Assembly: GCA_964016885.1 (NCBI GenBank)
Contig: OZ024742.1
Coordinates: 334,986,001 to 335,050,000 of the forward strand
Length of the DNA stretch: 64,000 bases
From: Eledone cirrhosa
Taxonomy: Eukaryota
Direction of reading: 5' to 3'
In this document: piece after piece, positions 27,145-40,915 of the stretch
Layout of the letters: the number at the start of each line of letters is the position of its first letter
Position numbering within the stretch: the first letter of the stretch is position 1
Translations under genes and position numbers: made by a program
Notes under the pieces: model-generated
Databases searched by the model: none
What the model was told of the DNA's origin: nothing
What the model saw: the letters and a program-made list of their open reading frames with translations, nothing else

Positions 27145-28236
27145 AACGAGTAGAACCCCGACGGCTGAGCTCAAGCCGTTTCTACGGCTAATTCTGGACT
27201 AAAATATATATATATATATAAATACATTATCGGAGAAAGCTTTTAGCGTATATATATACATATACATATGTATATATATATATATATATATACATATATA
27301 TATGTATGTATGTATATATATATAAGTTTATCCCGGGTTCAATCGGGGGTAACTGAATGAAACAGTTCTAGTCCTGTAGAAACCTTTTCTATTAAATATA
27401 TATATAGAAAGTACTGAGTACTCTGGTGCGTTATGGTCCACCTGGTTCCTTGCCACACTTCCTTCGTTATGTACGTATATATATATATACACACACGTAT
27501 GTAATATGTATATATGCAAGCATGTATGTATGGAATGTATATGTATGTATGCATGTATGTATAATGCGATAAAAAATAGTACTAGATTCAATAGTTCAAC
27601 ATAGAGTTTGTTAAGTAAGCAGAAAAAGATTGAACAGTGAAATCTAAAAAAAAAGATAAAGAATACCAAATTAACAAATCTGAAAAATATTTATAAAAAG
27701 AGAGTGCAGCCGATCGTTAGATTGGAACAAGGAAAAATATTTCCATTAGCATTTTACGTACATAATTAAAGATGTTTTTAACTGTTTTTAGATGTCTGTC
27801 GGTCGTGGGTATTTTTCCAATTCCTTTTAAATATTTTAGCAGCAATATTAACCACTTTAAAAGTACACATTTGTTTTTTTTTATTCTTAATGGTGTTTTC
27901 AGTGCCCTTTAACAAAAATATTGGTGCTTCTTAGCGGACCTTTTAGCGTGTTTACTGGCCCTTATTTAGTGCGTTTACCCTTAAAAAAATGGCAACACAA
28001 CTTGTTATATTTGCTCCAGACCAAAAGGGTGGCTCTGGCAGACAAATTCCCATCCGAATTACTAAGAATAAAATAATACTGAATGTTTTATTACACTATT
28101 TTACAAAGGAAATATCAATTTATTTCTGTTATAAATGTTATGTAAATAATGTTTATTTTCCTCAGTCAGGAACTTGTTTCCCAAACTTTCTGCCCCTGAA
28201 AACTAGGAAGCTGTCACTGTTTCCAAAAGAAACTAT

Positions 28237-28270
<34 letters not shown>

Positions 28271-30869
28271 CACTTTAGTAAATGTTATGAATAAAATATA
28301 TTCGTTCCGAACTCTCAGGTCATACAATTTCTGTCCGATAAAATGAACAAACTATATGGTTAAAAAGTGCCTAAAATGAAAATGTTAAAAGTTTGGTTGT
28401 CTTCTTGTGATCTGTTATTACTTTGTGGTATGTGTTTAGCTGTATGATATGTGTATATCTACATGAATGTGTCTTTTGTGTACAATGTATTTATTTGGAA
28501 GTGTATGTCTTTGCCTGTGTTTCTATATGTATTTTGGGTGTTTATCTGTGACTTTATAAACTCTGTATGTATATATGGGTGTATGCCTCTGTGTGTGAGT
28601 ATATATGTGTGTATGTGAATTTAAAAATTATGCATGTGCGTATGAATGTGTGTATGCATGCATATATGTATGTATGTATGCATCTGTGAGCCTTATAACC
28701 CTCGAAGCCAGTAAAATGTTAGAAGAGACAATGCAAATCAGTAATTATACAGACTTATTCCCAAGGCTCTATTGAGTGGTTACATGCCATAGTAAAATAT
28801 TTGCTTCGACAAAAATACCTTCACTATCAATGTTGTAAAATTTCTCAGAAGTCAGCAAAATACCATAATCATTGCATCTGTCGTGAATGCTATATCTTAC
28901 TCGACTGCTAAAATAAACAACAAATTTTCCCTCAAAGACCACCATATATGAAAAAAGAACTCGTAAGATCAATGTTTGCCAGAATCGGATACCCTAAGAT
29001 GTTCTGGGCTCCTGAGAAATACATTGTCTTCCCATAAAATTTAATAAAAAAATTTTTATTTTATAAATTCTTCCTCTTATAATAATTTTTGTTTCACCTA
29101 ATGTCTTTTTAAGATTGGTGTCATGGGGATTATCCGTAAAATGTAAGTATGCGTGGGTTCCTCGATTTTAGGGAAATCGCACAAGTATTCTGAGACAAAA
29201 AAAAACTTAGGAACTACTTGCATTCGATAATGTGGTCCTACATACTCCTAAAACGATGATATCTGAAGAAGAGATTTGTTAACATTAAGGAAATTTTGAT
29301 ATAATGAATTACTTGCTGTGAAGAAATTTGAAGGTGTTTGCTCATACATCCCCGATGCAACCTATAGACACTTTAAGGAACAAATCCTTGACAAGCAATG
29401 CTTAGCGATATATAAGTCTAACAATGCCATCTTAGCATTACTTTATAAACTGAGTTTCTTCTCTGTTATGACCGAAACTGTTACAGTAATGCCCATCCTT
29501 GCATGTCTAGTTGCAAACGAAACACGCTTCTCAACCTTTGACTGAAAGCAATCTTTCTTAAGGCAAGCGGGAATGGCTCTTCCAGTGCGCCTCCCTCGCC
29601 ATCTTTCGGGACGGTTAGCGCGTGGGCCTCCATTTGATCATGATAGTGAGAGATGGTGAGAGCGGGAGAGACGGAGGCAATGAAGGTTGGGAGCTTGGTT
29701 CCTTTGTGTTCGGACCTGGTGTATATGTATATGTTTCACGGGCACACGCTCATACTGAGGCAATGTAGATACTTTTAATTTACCCATCACTGTTCTCTTT
29801 TTCCTTACATTTTTATTCATTTTGTCTGTGTCTTTCATTTAGATAAACAAATTGCATGGTTTTCAGTCGGTTATATTTCTATCAAAAAATCAGATACTCG
29901 TCGATTTAGAAGGACTAAGGTATTGTACAAAAAGATATTAGAGGAATTTGTAATAAATCGAATCTACTTGAAATTAAGGTTTAATTATTTACTTTTTATA
30001 AAGAAAAGTTTACGTATCTTAACTTTTTCATGTACTATTGCCGTGCCTGTTCTATATAAATCATTGCTGATTCTACAACAGAATAGCCTTTTAAAGGATT
30101 TCATTAAAGAAATGCATTAAATATCAAGGAATAAACAAATCTTGTGTCTATTCTATTAGTCAAATTATATCTATAGGCCGCCGTGTTTGTTAAACAGTTG
30201 TAATTAAGCTATAGGTAACATAACTGCAGTTTAGTGCAACCCCTCTGAATTTCTTTCCTCATAACTTCCTTATTAAGGCATATTTATTAACGGAATTTTA
30301 CGGAGATGCATTTTTGAAGATGTAGGCTACGATAATGTTGATGAGATTAATTTTTATATACGCAATTCCGAACTGACATTTTCCTCTTTCACCATTTAGG
30401 TAATTTAAGATAGCCAACCTATTCAGAATACCTAAAGCAACCGGTGAAAATCATTTGTAGACATTGGCTTCTGTTTCAGGTGAATATCTAAAAGAATGAG
30501 TCGGATGAATTGTCACTCCTCCGAGCCCCGGAGAAGCTGGTTTAATTCTTTTAATTTCTGACGGTAAAGACAAATAACTGAGTCGATCTTCACTTATAGA
30601 GAGAAGTCAGTTATAGAGAGAAACACTAAGTGACAGACAGACGGCAGAGACAGAAAGACAGAGAGAGAGACAGATAGACGGACTTACACAGACAACTAGA
30701 CAGACAGACAGACAGAGAGACAGGCGGACAGAATGAGTTGAAAGGTTTCCGCTGGCCGAGCTCTTTTGAACTCTGTACAGTTGGCAGTTTTACAGTAATT
30801 TTCAATAATGGTCATAATTCTTCAAGAGCTGTGTGATTAGCATAAGGGGAAGGGGCTGAAGGCGGGGAG

Positions 30870-33230
30870 GGGGTGATTGGTTGTGATGGTGGTGGTGGTG
30901 ATGTTGTCGCTTGTTGTATATGGTGGATGTGGGGACGGTGATGCTGGGATTTGGTTGAGGGTGGTGTTGGTTGATGGTGGTATTTTGTGGTGGTGATGGT
31001 GGTGATGATGGTGGTGGTGGTGGTGATGATGGTGGTGGTGGTGGTGGTGATGATGGCGGTGGTGGTGATGATGGTGGTGGTGGTGGTGATGATGGTGGTG
31101 GTGGTAGTAGTGGTGATGGTGGTGGTGGTGGTGGTTGTGGTATTGGTGGTGGTGGTGGTGGTGGTGGTGGTGATGATGGTGGTGGTGGTGGTGGTGCTGG
31201 TGGTGATGATGTGGTGGTGGTTGATGGTGGTATTTTGTGGTGGTGGTGGTGGTGATGGTGGTGGTGGTGATGATGGTGGTGGTGGTGGTGGTGATGATGA
31301 TGGTGGTGGTGGTGAGGATGATGGTGGTGGTGGTGGTGGTCGTCGTGCTGGTTGATGGTGGTATTTTGTGGTGGTGATGGTGGTGATGATGGTGGTGGTG
31401 GTGGTGATGATGGTGGTGGTGGTGGTGGTGATGATGGCGGTGGTGGTGATGATGGTGGTGGTGGTGGTGATGATGGTGGTGGTGGTAGTAGTGGTGATGG
31501 TGGTGGTGGTGGTGGTTGTGGTATTGGTGGTGGTGGTGGTGGTGGTGGTGGTGATGATGGTGGTGGTGGTGCTGGTGCTGGTGGTGATGATGTGGTGGTG
31601 GTTGATGGTGGTATTTTGTGGTGGTGGTGGTGGTGATGGTGGTGGTGGTGATGATGGTGGTGGTGGTGGTGGTGATGATGATGGTGGTGGTGGTGAGGAT
31701 GATGGTGGTGGTGGTGGTGGTCGTCGTGCTGGTTGATGGTGGTATTTTGTGGTGGTGATGGTGGTGATGATGGTGGTGGTGGTGGTGATGATGGTGGTGG
31801 TGGTGGTGATGATGGCGGTGGTGGTGATGATGGTGGTGGTGGTGGTGATGATGGTGGTGGTGGTAGTAGTGGTGATGGTGGTGGTGGTGGTGGTTGTGGT
31901 ATTGGTGGTGGTGGTGGTGGTGGTGGTGGTGATGATGGTGGTGGTGGTGGTGGTGCTGGTGGTGATGATGTGGTGGTGGTTGATGGTGGTATTTTGTGGT
32001 GGTGGTGGTGGTGATGGTGGTGGTGGTGATGATGGTGGTGGTGGTGGTGATGATGATGGTGGTGGTGGTGAGGATGATGGTGGTGGTGGTGGTGGTCGTC
32101 GTGCTGGTTGATGGTGGTATTTTGTGGAGGTGATGGTGGTGATGATGGTGGTGGTGGTGGTGATGATGGTGGTGGTGGTGGTGATGATGGCGGTGGTGGT
32201 GATGATGGTGGTGGTGGTGGTGATGATGGTGGTGGTGGTAGTAGTGGTGATGGTGGTGGTGGTGGTGGTTGTGGTATTGGTGGTGGTGGTGGTGGTGGTG
32301 ATGATGGTGGTGGTGGTGGTGGTGATGGTGGTGATGATGGTGGTGGTGGTGGTGGTGCTGGTGGTGATGATGTGGTGGTGGTTGATGGTGGTATTTTGTG
32401 GTGGTGGTGGTGGTGATGGTGGTGGTGGTGATGATGGGGGTGGTGGTGGTGATGATGATGGTGGTGTTGGTGGTGGTGGTGATGGTGGTCGTGGTTGTGG
32501 TTGTGGTGGTGGTGGTTGTGGTGGTGGTGATGATGGTGGTGATGATGATGTGGTGGTGGTGGTGGTGGTGGTGGTGGTCGCCAAGGCGGTAGTGATTTTT
32601 TTGTGTGGTTGTGATGGTGATGGCGGTGGATGGTGGTGGTGGAGGAGTAGTGGTGAGAGTTGGGGATAGTGGAAGGGTAGTGGTGGGATAATCATGTGGT
32701 TGTTGTTATTGTTGTTGTTGGTTGTGGTGGTGGTTGGGGTGGGGCTAGGGGTGTTGACAGCGTTGTGGTGATGGTGATGATGATGATGATGATGATGGTG
32801 GTGGTTGTGGTGGTGGTGTTGGTTGTGGTGCGGCTAGTGGTTCTGACAATGTTTTTGGTGATGGTGATGATGATGATGGTGTTGGTGGTGGTTGTGGTGG
32901 TGGTGGTGGTGGTGGTGGTGGTGGTGGTGAGAGTGGTGGTGGTAGTAGTGATGGTGGTGCTAGTGGTGGTGATGGGTGGTGGTGGTGGTGGTGGTAGTGA
33001 TAGGGGGGGGTAGTGCTGCTGGTCGTGCTGGTGGTGGTAGTGGTGGTGGTGGTGGTGGTCGTGGTAGTGATAGTGGGGGGTGTTGCTGTTGGTGGTGGTG
33101 GTGTTGGTGGTGGGGTGGTGGTAGTGGTGGTGGCGATAGTGGAGGTGGCGAGCGTGGTGGTGGTGGTGGTGGTGGCCATGGTAGGAAGGGGGAGGGGGGG
33201 GGGGGTTATTGGGGGGGGGGCGTGAGGGTG
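30870..33230. repeat. (GGT/GAT)-rich array with ~380-bp higher-order repeat
   Basis: Identical pseudo-ORF starts at 30971, 31352, 31733 and 32108, degenerating into simple (GGT)n after ~32580. Confidence 0.9.
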
Positions 33231-33641
33231 GTGATGCTATTTGCCAGGATGTTAGCCATGGTGCAGTAATTTGGTAGATGCGCTAGCTGTGATATTAGAG
33301 GTGAGGTTGATGTTGCTGTTGTTGTTGTTGCTGCATGAGATGGTGCTACTGATGATTATGATGCTTAATGTGTTGGGCGTGTCTGCAGCCGTGTTTGAGG
33401 GAGGGGTTGGGTGTGGCAATCAAAGTATTAATGTTCGTGGCTATGTGGTTAGGGAGGAGGTGGAGGTATTCTACCATTGTTGACACTGTAGAATTAGTCA
33501 TATAAGATTGAAGCAGGAAATACCGCCATTTAAATATTGAAACTCTTGGTTTATCAATGAATCAACATGGCAGCTGCAATCAACTGGTGTCTTGCTGCAT
33601 TCAAACTACACTCCTCCTTCCCCTCACTATCTCTTCTATCT

Positions 33642-33685
<44 letters not shown>

Positions 33686-33775
33686 AGATTCAAGACCCCA
33701 TATCTATATATTCGTCTTCATCTATCTATGTGTCTACCTGTCCTCCATTATTCCTCTCACCTCTCTCTCTCATTC

Positions 33776-33846
<71 letters not shown>

Positions 33847-33980
33847 ATACATATATATATATATACACACACACATACATATATATACATATATACACAC
33901 AAACACACACATACATATATATATATATACACACACACACACATATATATATATATACACGCACACATATATATATACAC

Positions 33981-34077
<97 letters not shown>

Positions 34078-34094
34078 CACATACACACACATAC

Positions 34095-34143
<49 letters not shown>

Positions 34144-34243
34144 CACACACACACGTACATATATATATATACACACACACACATACACATATATATATAT
34201 ATATATATATATACACACGCACACACACATATATATATATATC

Positions 34244-34279
<36 letters not shown>

Positions 34280-34424
34280 CACATACACACACACATATAT
34301 ATATATATATACACACATACATATATATATATAAATATACAGACATATATATGTGTGTGCGTGTGTGTGTATCCCTTTCTTTCTATCATCTATATTATGT
34401 AGATTGTATAAATCGTACTATCAT

Positions 34425-34596
34425 GCACAGGTGTGGTATGGCCAAGTAGTTCAAGCTTTCGTTTCGGGACCACGTGATTCCGGATTCAGACCCACTGGGT
34501 GACACCTTGAGAAAGTCTTCTAGACAAAATCTTTACGTTGAGGAAATCTGTGTTAATGAAATTTGGTAGGCGGAAACAGAGAAAGACCGTTGTATG
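34425..34596 (+). mobile_element. Degenerate tRNA-derived SINE family B
   Basis: Homologous to 42645-42810 (CCACGTG.TT..GG.TTCA, CACCTTG.GCAAGT, GG.AG.CGGAAAC). Confidence 0.55.
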
Positions 34597-34641
<45 letters not shown>

Positions 34642-34771
34642 AGCAAAGAAAATTTGAATGATACGAAAGATTTCCTAGTGGAAGTTCAGGTGTAATCCGG
34701 GTTGGTATCCACTTTCGGGGTGAAAATCCAATTAGGATATCCAACGAATTTTGAGAGGTTCTCGTAAGCGT

Positions 34772-34816
<45 letters not shown>

Positions 34817-34952
34817 CAAAAGGTAGACATAAATAACAACACAATCGGAACAGGGATACACAATGGAAAGGATATATTCCTGCTATATCAAGCGTTAACC
34901 TAATATATCCCTTCGATATACTGCACCGATTGTGTTGTTATTTCTGTTTACC

Positions 34953-35017
<65 letters not shown>

Positions 35018-35089
35018 AATATATATATATATAAATAAATTAATAAAAATAATGAATAATCAAAGAAACAGTTCCTAATATTAAAAAAT

Positions 35090-35227
35090 TCATCATTTTA
35101 CGATCGTTTCTAGGATATATATGTTAGTGTTGGTATCCATATCATATAGATCTATGTAAAAATGTTACAAACTATCAGAAGGAATATACATACCTACACA
35201 TATATATGCTGTTTTCAGAAATAATGA
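35090..35227 (-). ncRNA. Type I hammerhead with long stem II in the PLE 3' end (family M)
   Basis: TCATTATTT CTGAAAA [~95-nt stem II with ATATATATGT/ACATATATAT] GAAA CGATCG TA AAATGATGA. Stem I is 9 bp and helix III is palindromic ACGATCGT. The duplicate at ~35445 retains canonical CTGAAGA. Confidence 0.68.
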
Positions 35228-36135
35228 TATTTGTTTATTGAAAAAAACCAACAAAGATTTAATACAATAGGTCTGTTTGGGAACAGGTTTTGAATTGACC
35301 AATAGAAAGATAGTGAAGGTCAAGATGGTAAAATAGTAGTAATAGAGCCTTAATTTAGGGGTAGAGGAAGGTAGATTTCAGTTTTGGATGGAAAGAATAT
35401 TATGAATGAAAGACAATTTTAGGGATGAAAATAGGTCATATGCTGTCTTCAGAAATAATTATATTTGTTCATTGAATAAAACTAACAAAGATTTAATATA
35501 ATAGGTCCGTTTGGGGACAGGTTTTGAATTGACCAGTAGAAAGGTAATAACTAGCCAAATGGTATAATAGTAGTAATGGAACTTTAATTTAGGGGTAGAA
35601 GAAGGCAGATTTCAGTTTTGAATGGAAGGAGTATGATGAATGAAAAGGTTATTTTAGGGTGAAAATAGGTCAGGTCGGTAAAAGGTACACGAAAAATTGG
35701 TGTTATAAAAGAATAATGCCATTGTAAAAATCTAAGGAGACTAAAATTTTACGATAAATATGAAAATAAAATAAATTCATTAAATTGATAGGTATATTTA
35801 TATTGATAAAATTATATTAATGCATATAGATATGATAAATAAGAGTTAGATGTAATTGAAGAGTGCTGTTAAAAACGAGGGGAAATAAAAAAATATATAA
35901 TTATTGGGGGTGGGTAAAATTATTAGTGAGAAATAACAAATATATAGAGATTACAAGGAACATAGAATCATAACCTGAAATTAAAACAGTATATATGTAT
36001 ACTTACTGGTATCAATTTTAGGAAAAGATAGTTGTAAAAGGGAAATAAAATTATGTAGTTCATCAGTAGTAGAATATTAATTATAGGTTAACTAAATTAA
36101 AAAAAATTTTATTATAATAATTTCTAAAGTGTATA

Positions 36136-36624
36136 TTAATTAGGTTTATAATATTTAAAGGTTTTTCTCAGTTTATGATTACACGATATTATTAATTCCT
36201 GTCGCTTATTTAATAGGATATCCTTAGATTTCATTATTTCAAAAAGTTCTTGGGAACATAATCTACATTCATATCTACTATTTTGATAAGGGGTGGCCCT
36301 TTTGAGCACACTCCAGGTCAGGTCATAATCTATATTCCTCTTTCTATAACTATTAATTATTTCAGCTAAAGATGTATTAGCTAATGCGGCATTTTTAAAA
36401 CTGTGTTTGTGGGTATTAAATCTTACTTCAAATTGGTTAGAGGTAGCTCCTATATATGAATAAATTGAGTCCTTAGTGTTAACTTTACATTTATATACTA
36501 TGTTATTAACAAGGCAATTTCCTTTTAATGGGCAATTTGCTTTGTTTCTACAGTTACAACTTTTCGTGAATCCTGTATCAGAGGAGATATTATGGTTAGT
36601 TTGATGTATTGGTGGTATACTCAT
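36136..36624 (-). pseudogene. GIY-YIG endonuclease domain of PLE
   Basis: CNCRNKANC (CxCx5C), then IVYKC...SYIGATS..F..RF..H...CRLC..E...LLNKRQE. Out of frame with the RT ORF. Confidence 0.9.
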
Positions 36625-38575
36625 GGTTTTTTACATTTATATGCATTATAGGCACTTATATTTTGTTTTATGTTTTTGGTTGTTGAGTAGGAGAATTTAA
36701 CCGTTGATCTATTTAAAATTTGATGGTATTTGTGGTTTGGCGGGAAGTTCTTCTCTAGGATAGTAAAAAGATGTTTAGGTATATTATCTTTAATTTGTAA
36801 ATTAAATGGAGCATTATACCAAGTAACTCGTCTATTACGGTTTCGATGTTGTTTATTATTTTTATAGGATGTATCCTGATGTCTATTAAGAGAATTATTG
36901 TTAATGACTTCACCACACACATTTTTAGTTAGATTCATTGATTTAGGTGTTTTAGCTTGTTTATTAGGAGTTTTATTATTAACATTTATTAGAGTAGTAG
37001 GATGAATAGTTTTTTGTGAGTTACTATATTGTACATTAGAAGAGTTAGAGAAATTTAGTTTTATGTTGGTATTTTTGGGTATAGTGTGAGTGGCATTTAG
37101 GTGTGTATGTTTCATTTGGTGTTTGTTGGTAATATTAGGTTGTATGTTTGTAGTGTTATTGGTACAAGGTATATATACTAATTTATTTTTGTGGCCACTT
37201 CTAACTAAAGCTTCGTTATAAAAGGTCGCATTTTTATTAAATACATCCTGGTTAGACGAAAGGTTAGAAATTCTGAGTGAGATATTATATGCTAGGTTTT
37301 TAAGGATAGATTTAGGGTGATTAGATTGTGAGTGTATGTAATGTAAGTTTTGGTTAGGTTTATGGTAAGGTTGGTAGATACCCGTAGATAAGTCTAATGT
37401 TATATCAAGGAAATTAACTACTTTACTTGTGTTTTCAAATGTAATATCTAGACTATAATAGTCTTTGAGGAAAGTTCTAAGTTTTTTATTTTTTTCAATC
37501 TCTGAAAGGCTAAGGTTATTGGAAAGAAGAAGACAGTCGTCACGATATAGAACACCTTTAAGGTGGGGAAAGGAAGCATTTATGTTAAAAAGAAGAAAGA
37601 GGCCCACAAGATCAGTAATTTGAGCAGAATCACTTGAGCCCATAGTAATGTCGAATAGATTACTATATGTGTTTCTGGTCCAATATTCATTTTGAAATTC
37701 CAGTAGTGTTTGTCTAGCATGTGTAATAATATTAATGTCATCCAAAGTTAAGTTAGATCTATTTTTGGCAAATATCAAGGCTTTGTTCAGGAGTATAGGT
37801 GATATAGAGGAATAATAATTATCTATATCAAATTGTAGAAATGAAGCAGAAGATTTATTTCTAATATTATTAAACCAGTTAATTACCTGGGATGTGTTTT
37901 CCCAGAGTGGTAAATTAACATGTTTTCTTAGTTGTGGGATGACTCTATCTAAAAATGTTTTACTAATGATTCCAATATCAGATTTGGAAGGGCATATAAG
38001 CCTTATAGAAGGATTAGAGTTAAAGTTAGATTTGTGATCTTTTAGGTTGAAATGTGGTCTTTTCAGTGTCAAAGGTTCAGTTCTATCTTCAATATTAAGT
38101 CTATTCACTATGTTGTGTGTTTTGTTGTTGATGTTGGTAAGTGACGCATTGTTTGTTTTTTTATATTTTTTCCTGAGTTCTTTATATATGAACTCATTGT
38201 AATTATCAATATCCATGTGATACAGATTTCCAGCTTTGTCAGAGTGGACATGGATTTTGTTAGATTTTTTTAGATCCAATAGGGTAGAATCAAGATCCTT
38301 TTGAAAATTAGATTTATACTTCTTAAATTTGAGGTGTTTGATTAAGTTAAAAAGGTCTTTCTCAAAGTTTTCAAGTAAGGAGTTGTGTGGTGGATTTTTA
38401 TATGTAGTGAAATCATATAAATATTTCTTATCAGTACATTTTGTTTTTTATCGAAGTGGTAGGCCCTCCATCTGACCCTTTTGATAAATTGGTTGGTTTT
38501 TTGTATCATAAGAAGTAAGAAATCATCCTTAGAAGGTAATGGTATATTCTTTAAAGAAGTTCCCAACACTAACAT
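36621..38575 (-). pseudogene. PLE reverse transcriptase (frameshifted; N-terminal piece 38342-38575)
   Basis: Motifs SLKNIPLP..FIKRVRW, SDKAGN, LKDHK, IRLICPSKS, QFDIDNYYSSI, ITMGS, LYRDDCL, VNFLDITLD, PYHKPN, SNHP and WYNAPF. Confidence 0.93.
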
Positions 38576-38791
38576 ATATATCCTAGAAACGATCGTAAAA
38601 TGATGAATTTTTTAATATAAGGAACTGTTTCTTTGTTTATTCATTATTTTTATTAATTTATCTTGACTCTGTTTTCCTGTACTTTTCATCGAAAAAAAAA
38701 ATGTTTGAATACATCTTCTCTTTTCATGATATTCGGATTACATTGAGTTCTTCATACGGATTGGACACTACCGTACATTTTGGTAGATTTA

Positions 38792-38865
<74 letters not shown>

Positions 38866-38868
<3 letters not shown>

Positions 38869-39278
38869 GATATTAATAAATGGAAACTATATTTATAAAA
38901 CCATATTTATTTCATTATACATATTTCAGGGATACCATATTAAATTATGGTATGCCTTCATCAGACAAAATACAATATATAACAGTTTTACAAATAGCTT
39001 TGACGTACCCTTTTAAAATACAATCATTACTTTTGGAGGCTGTCTGGATAGTGAATTGTTTATATTGTTTTAATAAGTCATAGTGTTAAGCACAATTAGA
39101 AAAAGACGGAGATAAAGAAAAAAGACGGAGATAGAGAAAAGAAAAGAACAAAGACGGAGAGAGAGAAGGAAAGAAAGAGAAGGAAAGAAAACCTGGAGAA
39201 AAGAAAGAGATAAATAAAGATAGGAGGAAATAAAAAATAAAAATAAAAATTAAAAAAAAATAATAAAAATAAAAAAAA

Positions 39279-39309
<31 letters not shown>

Positions 39310-40749
39310 AAATAAAAAAAAATTAAAAAAAAATAAAAAAATAAATTAAAAAAAAATAAATAAAAAATAAATAAAATAAAGAAAAGAAAAGGAAGAAATA
39401 AGAAAAACGAAGGAAAGCAACAGAGAGGTATCAAGTCATACAGAGAGAAAAACTCAAGAGTGAGAAATACTATATAGAGAGGGGGGGGGACAATGAAAAC
39501 TTTACGTCATGTCATATTAAGTTGAGTTAACAATTTATATGAAATGAATAATAAAAATATAAGTATCAATATTCATGAATGGGACATAGATATATAATAT
39601 GAGAAATTAAACATTGTTCAATAATGACTATATGTTTAGTTTAGAAACTTGAGATCAATATATCAAAATCTGAGTTCAAAATGTACCCTTGCTATAGAGA
39701 TCAGTATTTTATGCAAAGACATACAAATATATATGTATATATATATACATATAGATACGCACGTCCTGAAAATAGAAATTATGTTTACTCAAGCCAACAA
39801 TATAGCCATACAAAACGTAAATGATTTCTCTTAATCACTGCTATACATTCTTTGTGTTATAAAAATTTCACAGTATATATATACACAAATATATACGATT
39901 AACATTCATGTCCTCATATATACGATTACCATTCATGTGTTTAATATTATGCATATCTGCAACATACCTCCCAACCACATAGATATATACACATAGATAT
40001 ATACACATACGTATGTATAAATAAATATTTGCGTGCGTCGTCACGCATCACTCATGTATATATACAGACATATATAAACACAAAAAAATCTATAACACTT
40101 TTTATGCATGTTAATATACACATATGCATTTGCATAGAGATAATCAAATATCAATATATTACTAAAGGATTATAACTTGTAAACATAACCATAACAAAAT
40201 AAATTTAAAATACCAAAGGAGTATATTTTGGAAATGCAGCTATATCAGTATAGACAAAAGAAATCTAGAAATATCAAAGCATTAAATATCTTTAAAACAC
40301 TATAGAGTATCTTAAGTTAAAATAATATGTTTCTCCATACATTTCTCTCTCTCTCCGATATAATATGTTTCTCCATACATTTCTCTCTCCGATATAATAT
40401 GTTTCTCCATACATTTCTCTCTCTCTCCGATATTTCTCCAGGTTTTCTTTCCTTCTCTTTCTTTCCTTCTCTCTCTCCGTCTTTGTTCTTTTCTTTTCTC
40501 TATCTCCGTCTTTTTCTAATTGTGCTTAACACTATGACTTATTAAAACAATATAAACAATTCACTATCCAAACAGCCTCCAAAAGTAATGGTTGTATTTT
40601 AAAAGGGTACGTCAAAGCTATTTGTAAAACTGTTATATATTGTATTTTGTCTGATGAAGGCATACCATAATTTAATATGGTATCCCTGAAATATGTATAA
40701 TGAAATAAATATGGTTTTATAAATATAGTTTCCATTTATTAATATCGTA
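38866..40749. mobile_element. Non-coding fold-back element, ~320-bp arms around a ~1.2-kb AT-rich core
   Basis: 38866-39196 is the reverse complement of 40432-40749. Each arm contains a hammerhead. Confidence 0.85.
40643..40707 (+). ncRNA. Type I hammerhead (family G; mirror 38908-38972 minus)
   Basis: TATTTTGT CTGATGA AGGcATACCATA atttaa TATGGTATcCCT GAAA TATGTA TA ATGAAATA. Canonical core, 8-bp stem I with G-U pairs, and a long stem II. Confidence 0.83.
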
Positions 40750-40875
40750 TATCTATTCCAAAAACTTGTCGAGTGCTTTATATCAGTTATAAAAATATTT
40801 ACTTGTTGTATCCCAACAACTTTAAATAGAACTTTTGCATATATATATATATATATATATTAAAATAACAGATTA

Positions 40876-40915
40876 AACCCTAACTCTAACCCTAACCCTA
40901 ACCCTAACCCTAACC
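40876..40915 (-). repeat. Short interstitial telomeric repeat (TTAGGG)~6-7
   Basis: AACCCTAACTCTAACCCTAACCCTAACCCTAACCCTAACC. Confidence 0.85.

Larger units (their letters stand above)
35035..38690 (-). mobile_element. Near-full-length Penelope-like element (Hydra-type) with short inverted pseudo-LTR
   Basis: RT and GIY-YIG ORFs. 35035-35133 is the reverse complement of 38563-38660. The 3' UTR has a ~235-bp tandem duplication and a hammerhead, and the 3' end abuts (TA)n. Confidence 0.92.

Noticed and set aside
29318-29545. Possible hAT dimerisation-domain remnant (MPILACLVANETRFS)
   Set aside because: Similarity is too weak to call by eye and needs an HMM search.
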